This document shows, piece after piece, positions 8,724-17,065 of a stretch of DNA of 32,000 bases (positions are counted from its first letter, which is position 1; each line of letters begins with the position of its first letter). Origin of the DNA: Geotalea daltonii FRC-32 (GTDB lineage: Bacteria; Desulfobacterota; Desulfuromonadia; Geobacterales; Geobacteraceae); assembly GCF_000022265.1 (NCBI RefSeq), contig NC_011979.1, forward strand, positions 360,001 to 392,000. The letters run 5' to 3'. The notes under the pieces were generated by a model. It did not search any database and had not been told where the DNA came from. It saw only the letters and a list, made by a program, of their open reading frames with translations. A program made the position numbers and the translations under genes.

Positions 8724-10379
8724 ATGGAAAAAGCGATGTTCTGCAGACAGTGCGAACAAGCGGCCCAGGGAGTGGGTTGCGAGGTGATGGGCAATTGCGG
8801 CAAGAATCCCCAGGTCGCTGCCCTGCTGGACCTGATGATCCATGGACTCGAAGGAGTCGCAGTCTATGCCCACCGGGCACGGGAATTGGGGGTGAAGGAC
8901 CCGGAAGTGGACCGGTTCATGCTCGATGGTCTTTTCACCAGGGTTACCAATGTGAACTTTGACCCGGAAGATATTGCCGGCCGCCTGCGGCGATGCTACC
9001 AGATGAAGGATCAGGCGCGGTCCTTGTTCGAGAAGGCTTACCAGGAACGGAAAGGGGAGAAGGCTCCGGAGTTCCATAGCGGGCCTGAGGCATGGCAGCC
9101 TGCGGAAGATACGGCAGGGCTGATCACCCAGGGCCGACAATACGGGGTCTTGACCTGGCACCAGGACCCGGATACGCTGTCGGCCCTGGAGCTGGTCCTC
9201 TACGGTCTGCTCGGTATGGGGGCGTTTGCCTGGCACGCGGCGGAACTTGGCAAGGAGGATGATGAAATCTATGCCTTTATCCACCGTGCCCTGGCGGCTG
9301 CGGCTGATCGCCGGATCACCCTTCAGGATTTTGTCTCACTTGCATTGGAATGCGGCAAGATGAACCTGCGCACCATGGAGCTCCTTTACCAGGGGCATGC
9401 CGAGCGTCTTGCCGATCCGGAGCCGATGAAGGTAAACCTGGGAACCCGTGGCGGTAAGGGAATCGTCGTTTCCGGGCACGACCTGCCCATGCTGGAGGAG
9501 ATCCTGAAACAGAGCGAGGGAAAGGGGGTCAATGTCTATACCCACGGCGAGATGTTACCGGCCAACGGTTACCCGAGGCTGAGAAAATACGCCCATTTCG
9601 CCGGCCACTTCGGCACCGCCTGGCAGAACCAGACCAGGGAACTCCCTGATTTCCCCGGTGCGATCATCTTCAATACCAACTGCATCCAGCGCCCCGACCC
9701 CTCCTATACCGACCGGCTTTTCACCTGGGGGGAAGTGGCCTGGCCCGGCATTACCCATCTGGAGGGGTTTGATTTTTCGCCGGTGATAGAAAAAGCCATG
9801 CAGCTTCCCGACCTGCCGGAAAAGCCGGGACAGGAAATTCTGGTCGGTTTCGGCCATGAGGCGGTCTTCAAGGTGGCCGGGGCAGTGGTGGACGCGGTAA
9901 AAACAGGTGCTATCCGCCGTTTTTTCCTCATCGGCGGCTGCGATGGGGCCAAGCCGGGACGCAACTACTTCACCGAGCTGGCACAACAGGTGCCCAAGGA
10001 CTGTGTGATTCTAACCCTTGCCTGCGGCAAGAACCGTTTCAACCGGCTGGAATTCGGCGATATTGGCGGCATTCCCAGACTGCTGGACGTGGGGCAGTGC
10101 AACGATGCCTATTCGGCCATCCGCATCGCCCTTGCCCTGGCCGAGGCCTTTGAATGCGGGGTCAATGAACTGCCGCTGTCCATGATCCTCTCCTGGTACG
10201 AGCAGAAGGCGCACGTCATCCTCCTGACTCTTCTCCATCTGGGGATTAAGGGCATCCGGCTCGGTCCCTCCCTGCCCGCGTACGTTTCTCCGGGGGTACT
10301 GGATTTCCTCGTCCAGAACTATGATCTGGGGCCGACCACCACTGCCGAAAACGACCTGCGGCAGGCCCTTGGCGCATAG
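8724..10379 (+). CDS. hcp: Hybrid cluster protein / hydroxylamine reductase
   Basis: The N-terminal Cys cluster MFCRQCEQAAQGVGCEVMGNCGK is the typical Hcp signature. Also GHDL, FNTNC, FLIGGCDG, LACGKNRF, GQCNDAYSA. AAGGAG RBS is spaced 6 nt from ATG 8724 (ATG 8718 abuts the RBS). Confidence 0.9.
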   Translation: MEKAMFCRQCEQAAQGVGCEVMGNCGKNPQVAALLDLMIHGLEGVAVYAHRARELGVKDPEVDRFMLDGLFTRVTNVNFDPEDIAGRLRRCYQMKDQARSLFEKAYQERKGEKAPEFHSGPEAWQPAEDTAGLITQGRQYGVLTWHQDPDTLSALELVLYGLLGMGAFAWHAAELGKEDDEIYAFIHRALAAAADRRITLQDFVSLALECGKMNLRTMELLYQGHAERLADPEPMKVNLGTRGGKGIVVSGHDLPMLEEILKQSEGKGVNVYTHGEMLPANGYPRLRKYAHFAGHFGTAWQNQTRELPDFPGAIIFNTNCIQRPDPSYTDRLFTWGEVAWPGITHLEGFDFSPVIEKAMQLPDLPEKPGQEILVGFGHEAVFKVAGAVVDAVKTGAIRRFFLIGGCDGAKPGRNYFTELAQQVPKDCVILTLACGKNRFNRLEFGDIGGIPRLLDVGQCNDAYSAIRIALALAEAFECGVNELPLSMILSWYEQKAHVILLTLLHLGIKGIRLGPSLPAYVSPGVLDFLVQNYDLGPTTTAENDLRQALGA

Positions 10380-10465
10380 CGAAAAAATAGGGGACGGTCC
10401 TTTCCTCGATTGAATTTTGCGTTATTATTTAATGCATTGTCATGATTATAAAACAGGAGGGACTG

Positions 10466-11926
10466 ATGAAACATCCATATGCTAAAGTTGCGGCTGCCAT
10501 TGCCGGGGTACTGGCGCTGGCGGCTACCTCTGTTGCGGCGCCGGCGGTCTTCAACGTGGATCGGGAATTTTACCCGTTCTATCCGTCGCTTATCAAGTGG
10601 AACAAGTCGCCGGCGGAGTTCACTCCACCAGCCGACTGCGGCGGCTGCCATGAAAAACAGTTCCGGGAGTGGAACGGTTCCGTGCACCAGCTTGCCTTCC
10701 TTGACCCGGTCTACCAGGGGGAGCTGAACAAGGCGGTCAAGGCGGTGGGGCATGAGGTTACCCGCCAGTGCGAGGGTTGCCACTCCGCGGCGGGCATGGT
10801 AACCGGCGAAATTAAAGGGTCGGGACTGGCCGGATTAAGCCCCATGGCCCTGGGAGGCGTCTCCTGCGATATCTGCCATTCCATCAGCGATACTACCCAC
10901 TGGCAGACCCCGTCCCATGAGCCTGAAAATGGCTCGATGATCCTCAGTCCCGGTCTTTCCGGCAAGGGGGGAACCGATCTCGTCAAGCGCGGACCGTGGA
11001 AGCCTTCTGCCGATTGTGGCGGTGGCTTCCACAAATGCGAAGAGTCTTCGCTGCACCAGCAAGCCGACCTCTGTGCCTCCTGCCACCAGGTCTACCATTA
11101 CGATGCCCATTTCCCCCTGGAAGCCACCTACCTGGAGTGGAAACATGGCCCCTATGCCCAAAAATCAATCCTCTGCCAGGACTGCCACATGGTGGATACC
11201 GCCACCTTCAAACGCACGGCCGATGAATTCAGAAAGCCGGAAAGGGGTGAATACCACCACTACTTCAATGGTGCCAACTATCTCCTTTATTATCTGGCCG
11301 GGGCTGCAGCCGAGAGAACGGGTGACAGGGAGCTGGTCGCATCCCTGAAGGAAAAATACCAGATGGCGGTGGAGCATCTGAAGAGTGCCGCAGCACTGGA
11401 GATGACGCCGGTTTACCGGGCAGGGCAGCTCAGTGAGCTGAAGGTCAGGGTAAAGAATATCCGCGCCGGACACAACCTGCCCACCTCCCTGACCAACGTG
11501 CGGCAGATGTGGCTGGAGATAACGGCAAAAGACGAGAAGGGTAAGGTGGTATTGGCCAGCGGCGCCGTACAGAAGGACGGCACCTTGCCGGAAAACACAC
11601 GCATCTTCAATTCGGACGGCATGGGAAAGGACTTCCATTTTGCCGTGGATCCATGGGTGGTAACGGCATTTTCCCGCCACGATACCATTCCTCCCCACGG
11701 CTACAAGGACGTTTTCTACGGCATGAACGGGGCGAAGGGGGCTAAGAAGGTAACGGTGGAGGTAAAGCTGCGCTATCGCCAGGCTGACCAGAAGGTGGCG
11801 GAGGCGCTTCTGGCCGCGGTGCCCAAGGACATGAACCTGAAGGAGATTTACGGCCTGGAGAAGGTGCCGCAGCTGCCGGTGGTAGATATGACCATGGAGC
11901 GGCAGACCTTCCAGGTAAGGAAATAG
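10466..11926 (+). CDS. Periplasmic pentaheme c-type cytochrome with a non-heme C-terminal domain
   Basis: AGGAGG lies 5 nt before ATG 10466. Signal peptide ...LAATSVAAPA. Five CxxCH motifs (CGGCH, CEGCH, CDICH, CASCH, CQDCH). The C-terminal ~200 aa carry no heme motif (IRAGHNLPTSLTNVRQMWLEI...). Confidence 0.85.
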   Translation: MKHPYAKVAAAIAGVLALAATSVAAPAVFNVDREFYPFYPSLIKWNKSPAEFTPPADCGGCHEKQFREWNGSVHQLAFLDPVYQGELNKAVKAVGHEVTRQCEGCHSAAGMVTGEIKGSGLAGLSPMALGGVSCDICHSISDTTHWQTPSHEPENGSMILSPGLSGKGGTDLVKRGPWKPSADCGGGFHKCEESSLHQQADLCASCHQVYHYDAHFPLEATYLEWKHGPYAQKSILCQDCHMVDTATFKRTADEFRKPERGEYHHYFNGANYLLYYLAGAAAERTGDRELVASLKEKYQMAVEHLKSAAALEMTPVYRAGQLSELKVRVKNIRAGHNLPTSLTNVRQMWLEITAKDEKGKVVLASGAVQKDGTLPENTRIFNSDGMGKDFHFAVDPWVVTAFSRHDTIPPHGYKDVFYGMNGAKGAKKVTVEVKLRYRQADQKVAEALLAAVPKDMNLKEIYGLEKVPQLPVVDMTMERQTFQVRK

Positions 11927-11928
11927 GG

Positions 11929-12330
11929 TTACAGCTGCTCGATGAGCTCTATCCCGCGGTGCTCCACTTCAATCAGCTCGATGACCACCTCGTGGCCCGA
12001 GGATTTCAGTTGAAGCCCTCTGACCTTGACCGGAAAGGCACTGCTGACTTGCCAGGCGGCAATTTTCTGATGGGTATCGTTGTGGAGAGTGATGCTGATG
12101 GTGCGGCGTTCGATGGTCTGGGGTTTGACACTGCACAGCCACTTGTAAAGATCGGTGCCGAAAGTGAGCATGCCGCTTGATAGAACCAGGTTAGCCGTCT
12201 GCAGTTTCAGCTTTTCCCGATCGTGGAGGGACAGGTCTTCCTGGTCAAGGGTAACCTGCGAAAATCCGGCAAAGATACCATGGCTCTCCACAAGGTATCT
12301 GAATTGGGGAAACGGCATTTCACCATCCAT
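11929..12330 (-). CDS. Orphan phage-tail-tube-fold protein (T4 gp19 / Afp1 / PVC1-like 'conserved phage tail region protein')
   Basis: 133 aa. By eye it aligns with contractile-injection tube proteins: FRYLVESHGIFAGFSQV (cf. F.VEIDGI.ia.FsevsG), LVLSSGMLTFGTDLYKWL (cf. itLkrGit.d..lw.W), RRTISITLHNDTHQKIAAWQVSSAFPVKVRGLQLKSSGHEVVIELIEVEHRGIEL (cf. g.I.l.d..g.e.arW.f.nAwP.k..gp.l.A.snevaiEel.l.hegle). Confidence 0.55.
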   Translation of the reverse strand: MDGEMPFPQFRYLVESHGIFAGFSQVTLDQEDLSLHDREKLKLQTANLVLSSGMLTFGTDLYKWLCSVKPQTIERRTISITLHNDTHQKIAAWQVSSAFPVKVRGLQLKSSGHEVVIELIEVEHRGIELIEQL

Positions 12331-12391
12331 ATGATTGCTCTCCTCAGGTAACGGGTAATGATTAAATTAAGATAATCTTATCATAAATATC

Positions 12392-12407
12392 TGGCAAATC
12401 AGCTGCA
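12392..12407 (+). promoter_or_regulatory. Candidate sigma-54 (-24/-12) promoter upstream of the c7 cytochrome gene
   Basis: TGGCAAatcagCTGCA has GG and GC at the canonical 12-nt offset (consensus TGGCAC-N5-TTGCW). It lies about 89 nt upstream of ATG 12496. Confidence 0.35.
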
Positions 12408-12495
12408 CATATGGGAGAAAGAAAAACTTAAAGGCATCGGTAGTGCTGCAGTAACATGTTATCAGTGACTATTGTTGTGATGAAAGGAGGGAGAA

Positions 12496-12801
12496 ATGAA
12501 ACGAGCTGTTTTGATCATTCTGCTGTTGTCAATTGGTGCGTTGTCTGCGGTTGCATTTGCCGCAACGCCGAAAAATCCGGGTCCCGAGATCATCAATCTG
12601 AAAATGGGGGTGATGATACTGCCTTTTTCCCACAGGAAGCACCAACAGGACCTGAACAATGAATGCTTTCACTGCCATCCGAAAAAAACCGGCGGCAAGA
12701 TTGACAACTGGAACAAGGAAACTGCCCACCAAATCTGCATCAGCTGTCATGATCTGGAAGAAAAAGGACCAGTGGAATGCAAGCAGTGCCATAAGAAATA
12801 A
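12496..12801 (+). CDS. Triheme cytochrome c7 (PpcA family)
   Basis: AAAGGAGGG RBS and signal peptide ...SAVAFA. Three CxxCH motifs (CFHCH, CISCH, CKQCH). LPFSHRKHQQ...C..CH and the C-terminal GPVECKQCHKK closely parallel PpcA (FPHKAHQK...CKKCH ... GPTKCGECHKK). Confidence 0.85.
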   Translation: MKRAVLIILLLSIGALSAVAFAATPKNPGPEIINLKMGVMILPFSHRKHQQDLNNECFHCHPKKTGGKIDNWNKETAHQICISCHDLEEKGPVECKQCHKK

Positions 12802-12850
12802 TTGCTCGGACTGGCCTGTAGATTCTGAGTTAGTAGTCAAATGACATTGC

Positions 12851-12884
12851 AAGAGGCTGCCAGTTACCGGCAGCCTCTTTTTTT
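12851..12884 (+). terminator. Rho-independent terminator after the c7 gene
   Basis: 11-bp stem aagaggctgcc/ggcagcctctt (12851-12861 pairs with 12869-12879), 7-nt loop, then a T-run to 12884. It overlaps the stop codon of the convergent DUF2267 gene. Confidence 0.7.
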
Positions 12885-13266
12885 ATGCCTGATCGACAAT
12901 TGCCGCCCAGTCAGGGGGCAACTTCGTTTCTATCTCTCCCATGATGTCGGCCCCCTCCTCGCTCTCCTTGACACAGTGGAAAACACGCCCCACCAGATCC
13001 CTGGCTTGCTGCCAGTCCAGGTGCATCTGTTCCGCCACGGCGGAGAAGAAATCGTCGATGGATAGCTGGACCGGCGCTTGCTGCTGGCCGCGCAAGGTGC
13101 TGAAATCCAGCTCCGGGGGGAGGATGTTGGTCAGTTCCCTGGCCCAGTCTTCGTCAATCTTGCTCGCCAGAACCCCGAGAACGGTCTTGATGGCAGAGTC
13201 AGCAGCTTTTTCATCATTGATGAAGGGAAGTTCCATAACCTGATTCATGTAGCTGCGATAGTCCAT
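12883..13266 (-). CDS. DUF2267-family protein
   Basis: 127 aa. N-terminus MDYRSYMNQVMELPFINDEKAADSAIKTVLGVLASKI and the repeated helical half are typical of DUF2267. Confidence 0.6.
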   Translation of the reverse strand: MDYRSYMNQVMELPFINDEKAADSAIKTVLGVLASKIDEDWARELTNILPPELDFSTLRGQQQAPVQLSIDDFFSAVAEQMHLDWQQARDLVGRVFHCVKESEEGADIMGEIETKLPPDWAAIVDQA

Positions 13267-13285
13267 TGGTGCCTCCTTTTAAGGG

Positions 13286-14737
13286 TTATTCCAGCTGGTA
13301 GACCTGCAGAATCCTGCGGAACGACGGGGACGAAAGTGAGACTTCAGGCAGATACTCGCCGATCAATTCCCTGCTCCAGTGCCGGCCGGTATGGCGATGC
13401 TCTTCCCGGGTGGTGAAACGGTAGCGGTAATAGAGCGCCCGCACCTTAAGCGGGGGCTTGTCGGGGAACGGGTTCTTCTTCAATAGTCCCAGCACTTGCC
13501 GGTCCCCCTGAAGAAGCTTGGCCAGGAAATGAATAAACCACAGCGGCCGGGACCGGGAAGGCATGGCTGCAAACCACATCAGCCAGTCGAGACGCAGATG
13601 GTAGGGGGCGATGAGCGGCGGTATTCCCTGCGGGTCCCCCGGTTTGCCGCGGAATTCATACTCTACCCAGCGGCTAGCAGTGCCGGGTGCGTTATCGGCC
13701 GTTCCCTCGACAACGATTTCGTAACGCTCACGGGTAATGCTGCCAAAGGCGCCATAGGTGTTAACCAGATGGAAGGGGTCAAAGCTGGTGTTCATGATCT
13801 GGGCCGGAGAGATCATGTTCAGCATCGGCTGGATGCTGCGAATTGCCACCAGAATCGCAACTCCCCAGCAGGCGGCATCGAACAGCGGCGGTGGCGGTGC
13901 AAAAGGTGGAACCTCCAGCGCCAGGAATGGAAGCTGGCCGGTGGTGACAGTGGAGAAGCAGAGGATGAAGGCAAGCCAGTTGAGCCAGGCAAAATTACCG
14001 CTGACGATGATGAAAAAGAGAAAGGCGGCAGAGACGACGCCGCCCGTCACTGCCAGCGGTTGGGGAGCGAAGTAGAGACAGGGCATGACCAGTTCGGCCA
14101 GATGGTTGAAGGCAACTCCGCATCGCCGCAGCACGGCAGGGAGGAGATGGAAAAAACGGCTGACGGGGTTCGGCATGGGCTGGGTTTCGAAGTGGTAGTC
14201 CAGGCAGCTCAGGTCACGCCAGCATGGGTCACCGCGCATCTTGATCAGCCCGGCGCCGAACATGACACGAAACAGGACCCAGCGGTAGAGCCAGATGATG
14301 ACAATGGGCGGCTCAACGCCGACCGGTCCGAGAAAGATGGCGAGGAAACCGCATTCAAGAAGGAGAGATTCCCAGCCGAAGGCGTAGAAATCCTGACCGA
14401 TGTTGACATAGGACAGATAGATGGCCCAGAGCAGAAACCAGACGATCATTGATACAGTTGTTCCATATGCCTCGGAAAGACCGGTCACTGCCGCAAGGGA
14501 GAGACCGGTGCCAAGCCGGGCAAAGAGTTGGAAGGCCCTGTCAGAGGGAAACAGGTAAAAGATGCTGGGGGCGGAACGGAACGGTACCAGCTGCATGTAG
14601 TGGGTAGCCGGTAACAGCCCCTTCTGGCCGCACAACGGCCGGAACTGGTTGAGTGCCACCAGAAAGCCCATCAGATAAATCAAGCCCAGACCCCGTTGCA
14701 GCAAGAGCCTAGGCACCCAGTATTCCGAGGATTCCAT
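13286..14737 (-). CDS. Lipase maturation factor (LMF1/DUF1222) family integral membrane protein
   Basis: Multi-TM protein. N-terminal LLLQRGLGLIYLMGFLVALNQFRPLCGQKGLLP, plus CWRDLSCLDYHFETQPMPN and a C-terminal soluble region NTYGAFGSITRERYEIVVEGT...WVEYEFRGKPGD, characteristic of LMF-family proteins. GGAGG lies 5 nt before the ATG. Confidence 0.7.
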   Translation of the reverse strand: MESSEYWVPRLLLQRGLGLIYLMGFLVALNQFRPLCGQKGLLPATHYMQLVPFRSAPSIFYLFPSDRAFQLFARLGTGLSLAAVTGLSEAYGTTVSMIVWFLLWAIYLSYVNIGQDFYAFGWESLLLECGFLAIFLGPVGVEPPIVIIWLYRWVLFRVMFGAGLIKMRGDPCWRDLSCLDYHFETQPMPNPVSRFFHLLPAVLRRCGVAFNHLAELVMPCLYFAPQPLAVTGGVVSAAFLFFIIVSGNFAWLNWLAFILCFSTVTTGQLPFLALEVPPFAPPPPLFDAACWGVAILVAIRSIQPMLNMISPAQIMNTSFDPFHLVNTYGAFGSITRERYEIVVEGTADNAPGTASRWVEYEFRGKPGDPQGIPPLIAPYHLRLDWLMWFAAMPSRSRPLWFIHFLAKLLQGDRQVLGLLKKNPFPDKPPLKVRALYYRYRFTTREEHRHTGRHWSRELIGEYLPEVSLSSPSFRRILQVYQLE

Positions 14738-15057
14738 GGAAACCTCCGGAAGGCACAGCCGGGAGAAAATCGGTAATCAGGCTGCTGTTTTACCAGACCG
14801 ATATCAGGCAGCAGAGGTCTCGCTGCACCCGGTCTGTTCCGGAACGTCTTCGATGAATTTATGGTAGTCCATTTCATCCTTCCTTACGTTCGATTTTCCC
14901 TTGGCCTATTAAAAAAGCATAACATAGCCGTGATGACGGTCAACGGCCCGGCAAGGCCGGGAATCAGGTCCCCGGTGACAATAATCACATATTAAAGGAG
15001 TTCTTTGTCGGTATCCTGAAGCAACGGTAAAACCGCTACAGTGCAAGGAGACGACAA

Positions 15058-15393
15058 ATGCTGAAAAAAATGACAAACATGGTTTTCCCCATGGTCCTCA
15101 TGCTGCAGGCCTGCTTATTCACATATGCCCATGCCGATGCTTCCGCCAGCCGAAAGAGTGCCATTCTGCAGCAGAGGGGTCCCATGCTGCAGAAGCATGC
15201 CTCTGCCGCCGTTGTGCCTGAAAGAACGGAAAACGGCATGCTGTATAAAGCAAATTGCGCCATCTGTCATGGACAGGCCAAACGTGGCCAAGCCAGCTCG
15301 CTGATCGAGAATGCCATCAGGAAAAACACCGGAGGAATGGGCTCGCTCAGGTTTCTGACCCAGGAGCAGATACGGACCATAGCTGATTTCTGA
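15058..15393 (+). CDS. Small secreted monoheme c-type cytochrome
   Basis: AAGGAG RBS lies 7 nt upstream. Signal peptide present. Single CAICH. The C-terminal domain YKANCAICHGQAKRGQASSLIENAIRKNTGGMGSLRFLTQEQIRTIADF is paralogous to the C-terminus of the 21816-22457 protein. Confidence 0.75.
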   Translation: MLKKMTNMVFPMVLMLQACLFTYAHADASASRKSAILQQRGPMLQKHASAAVVPERTENGMLYKANCAICHGQAKRGQASSLIENAIRKNTGGMGSLRFLTQEQIRTIADF

Positions 15394-15407
15394 TTACCGA
15401 AGGTTAA

Positions 15408-15435
15408 TTGATAAAAAAATTTAATTAGATATAAT
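15408..15435 (+). promoter_or_regulatory. Strong sigma-70-type promoter for the tolC-like/PMT/GT2 operon
   Basis: TTGATA (15408-15413), 16-bp spacer, TATAAT (15430-15435), about 35 nt before ATG 15471. Confidence 0.55.
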
Positions 15436-15470
15436 CCTCTTAGAATTCGCACTTCCAAGGGGATTTTTTT

Positions 15471-17051
15471 ATGCGCCGAGATTGGCTGAAATTGCCACTC
15501 CCCATCATCATCCTGGTGCAACTGCTAAGCATTGACGGTCAGTGTGAAAGCCTTCCCCAAGAACTCAACCTTTCCCGCACGGATGCCATAAAAATGGCCA
15601 TAACTGGCAACATAGAGGTTCATAACGAATCTCTTTCCTCATTCATGGCAGAACTTGATTCCATCCGCAGCCGCAGCATTTACAACCCGCTACTGACACT
15701 TTCCGCAAACAGCGGCATAAATGCTTCACCGGGAGAGCCTTTTCGAACCAGAAACACCCAGACCACCATCGGACTTTCCCAGAACCTTCCCACCGGCGGA
15801 AGTATCTCCGTTACCACCCAGACCGGTTACGCTACCGCCGAATCGGAAGACCCGGAATTGACAAGCAGGAACTGGCAGACATCTCTGGGGCTTAACCTAA
15901 GTCAGCCGCTGTTACGCAACGCAGGCAGGGAAACGAACGAGTTTTCCATTTTTGCTGCCGACAGCAATCTACAGGATGCCGTGGAGAGGTTTCGCTCCAT
16001 CATTATCGATACCGTTCACGCCGTCGTCACGTCCTACAACCGTCTTTATACCCTGCGTCGGATTCTGGAGACGCGCAAGGCTGCCCTAGCTTCTGCTGAA
16101 ATGTTGCTTGAAGGTGTCAGGCAAAAGGTAACCCCGGAAACACCACTGGCCATGGAGGTGGCAGATGCCGATTTTGCCGTTGTCCAGCGTCGCAAGGAGC
16201 TGGTGGAGGCGGAACGCAATGTAAGGGACCATGAGGCAGGCTTCCGTTACCTTATCGGTCAGGAAGGGAAAGCCACCATAATCCCCGTTGATCCACCCTC
16301 CCGGGAGGAGCCGCAGGAGACGGAGGAACAGGCTGTAGTGGCTGCACTCGGTCTACGTCCCGAACTGCTGCAGTTGCAAATTTCATATAATGTGGCGCAG
16401 GTGCAGGAGCGCATCGCAAGGCGGCAGGCCTGGCCCGAGCTTTCCCTGACGGGTAGCGGCGGACTTAACGGCACTGGTGAGACTATGAGCAAAAACTGGA
16501 AGGAGATCATTGACGGCAGAAGACGATTTTGGACCGTCGGCATGCAGTTCAGCTATCCCATCGGCAATACGGCAGCCGTCAATGATTACCGCAGGAGCAA
16601 GATCAGGACCGAACAGTTGCTAAACCAGATCAGGTCGCTCAGCTGGAGGATCCGCAATGAGGTAGAGTCGGACATGCGGGCGTTGATTTCTGCCCGATTG
16701 CAGGTGCGGATGGCCGACATGTCCTTGAGGATAGCGGAGAAGCGTCTTGAAGAATACCGCAGGAACAATCAGGCCGGTACAAGCACAGTTCAGGATGTGA
16801 TCGATGCGCAAAACGATCTGACCTTTGCCAGAAATTCACAGGTGGATGCGGTAGAAACCTTTGCCAGCGCGGTGTCAAGGCTCTGGAGGGACATGGGCAC
16901 GCTTTTAGACCACCACGGCATTAAAATAGATGCTGAGCATGTGGGGAAAATAGCTGGAAAGACAGCCCTGAAAGAGGAATCGAAGCCGGAGGGGCTGGGC
17001 CTGCAACTACCCGACCTGGAATGGGCCATGGAAGCCTTCAGGGCCAAATAA
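15471..17051 (+). CDS. TolC-family outer membrane efflux/channel protein
   Basis: Signal peptide. Two-repeat OEP architecture with typical segments (LSRTDAIKMAITGNIEV, LGLNLSQPLLRNAGRE, RPELSLTGSGGLNG, VQDVIDAQNDLTFARNSQVDAV). Confidence 0.8.
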   Translation: MRRDWLKLPLPIIILVQLLSIDGQCESLPQELNLSRTDAIKMAITGNIEVHNESLSSFMAELDSIRSRSIYNPLLTLSANSGINASPGEPFRTRNTQTTIGLSQNLPTGGSISVTTQTGYATAESEDPELTSRNWQTSLGLNLSQPLLRNAGRETNEFSIFAADSNLQDAVERFRSIIIDTVHAVVTSYNRLYTLRRILETRKAALASAEMLLEGVRQKVTPETPLAMEVADADFAVVQRRKELVEAERNVRDHEAGFRYLIGQEGKATIIPVDPPSREEPQETEEQAVVAALGLRPELLQLQISYNVAQVQERIARRQAWPELSLTGSGGLNGTGETMSKNWKEIIDGRRRFWTVGMQFSYPIGNTAAVNDYRRSKIRTEQLLNQIRSLSWRIRNEVESDMRALISARLQVRMADMSLRIAEKRLEEYRRNNQAGTSTVQDVIDAQNDLTFARNSQVDAVETFASAVSRLWRDMGTLLDHHGIKIDAEHVGKIAGKTALKEESKPEGLGLQLPDLEWAMEAFRAK

Positions 17052-17065
17052 ATAATCAGGCTAAC

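Noticed and set aside
14680-14877. 65-aa minus-strand ORF overlapping the 5' end of the LMF-like gene.
   Set aside because: It overlaps the well-supported LMF start in another frame. Its composition is Arg/Pro/Gly-rich. The separate 22-codon ORF with a real SD in a different frame is reported as a low-interest finding instead.
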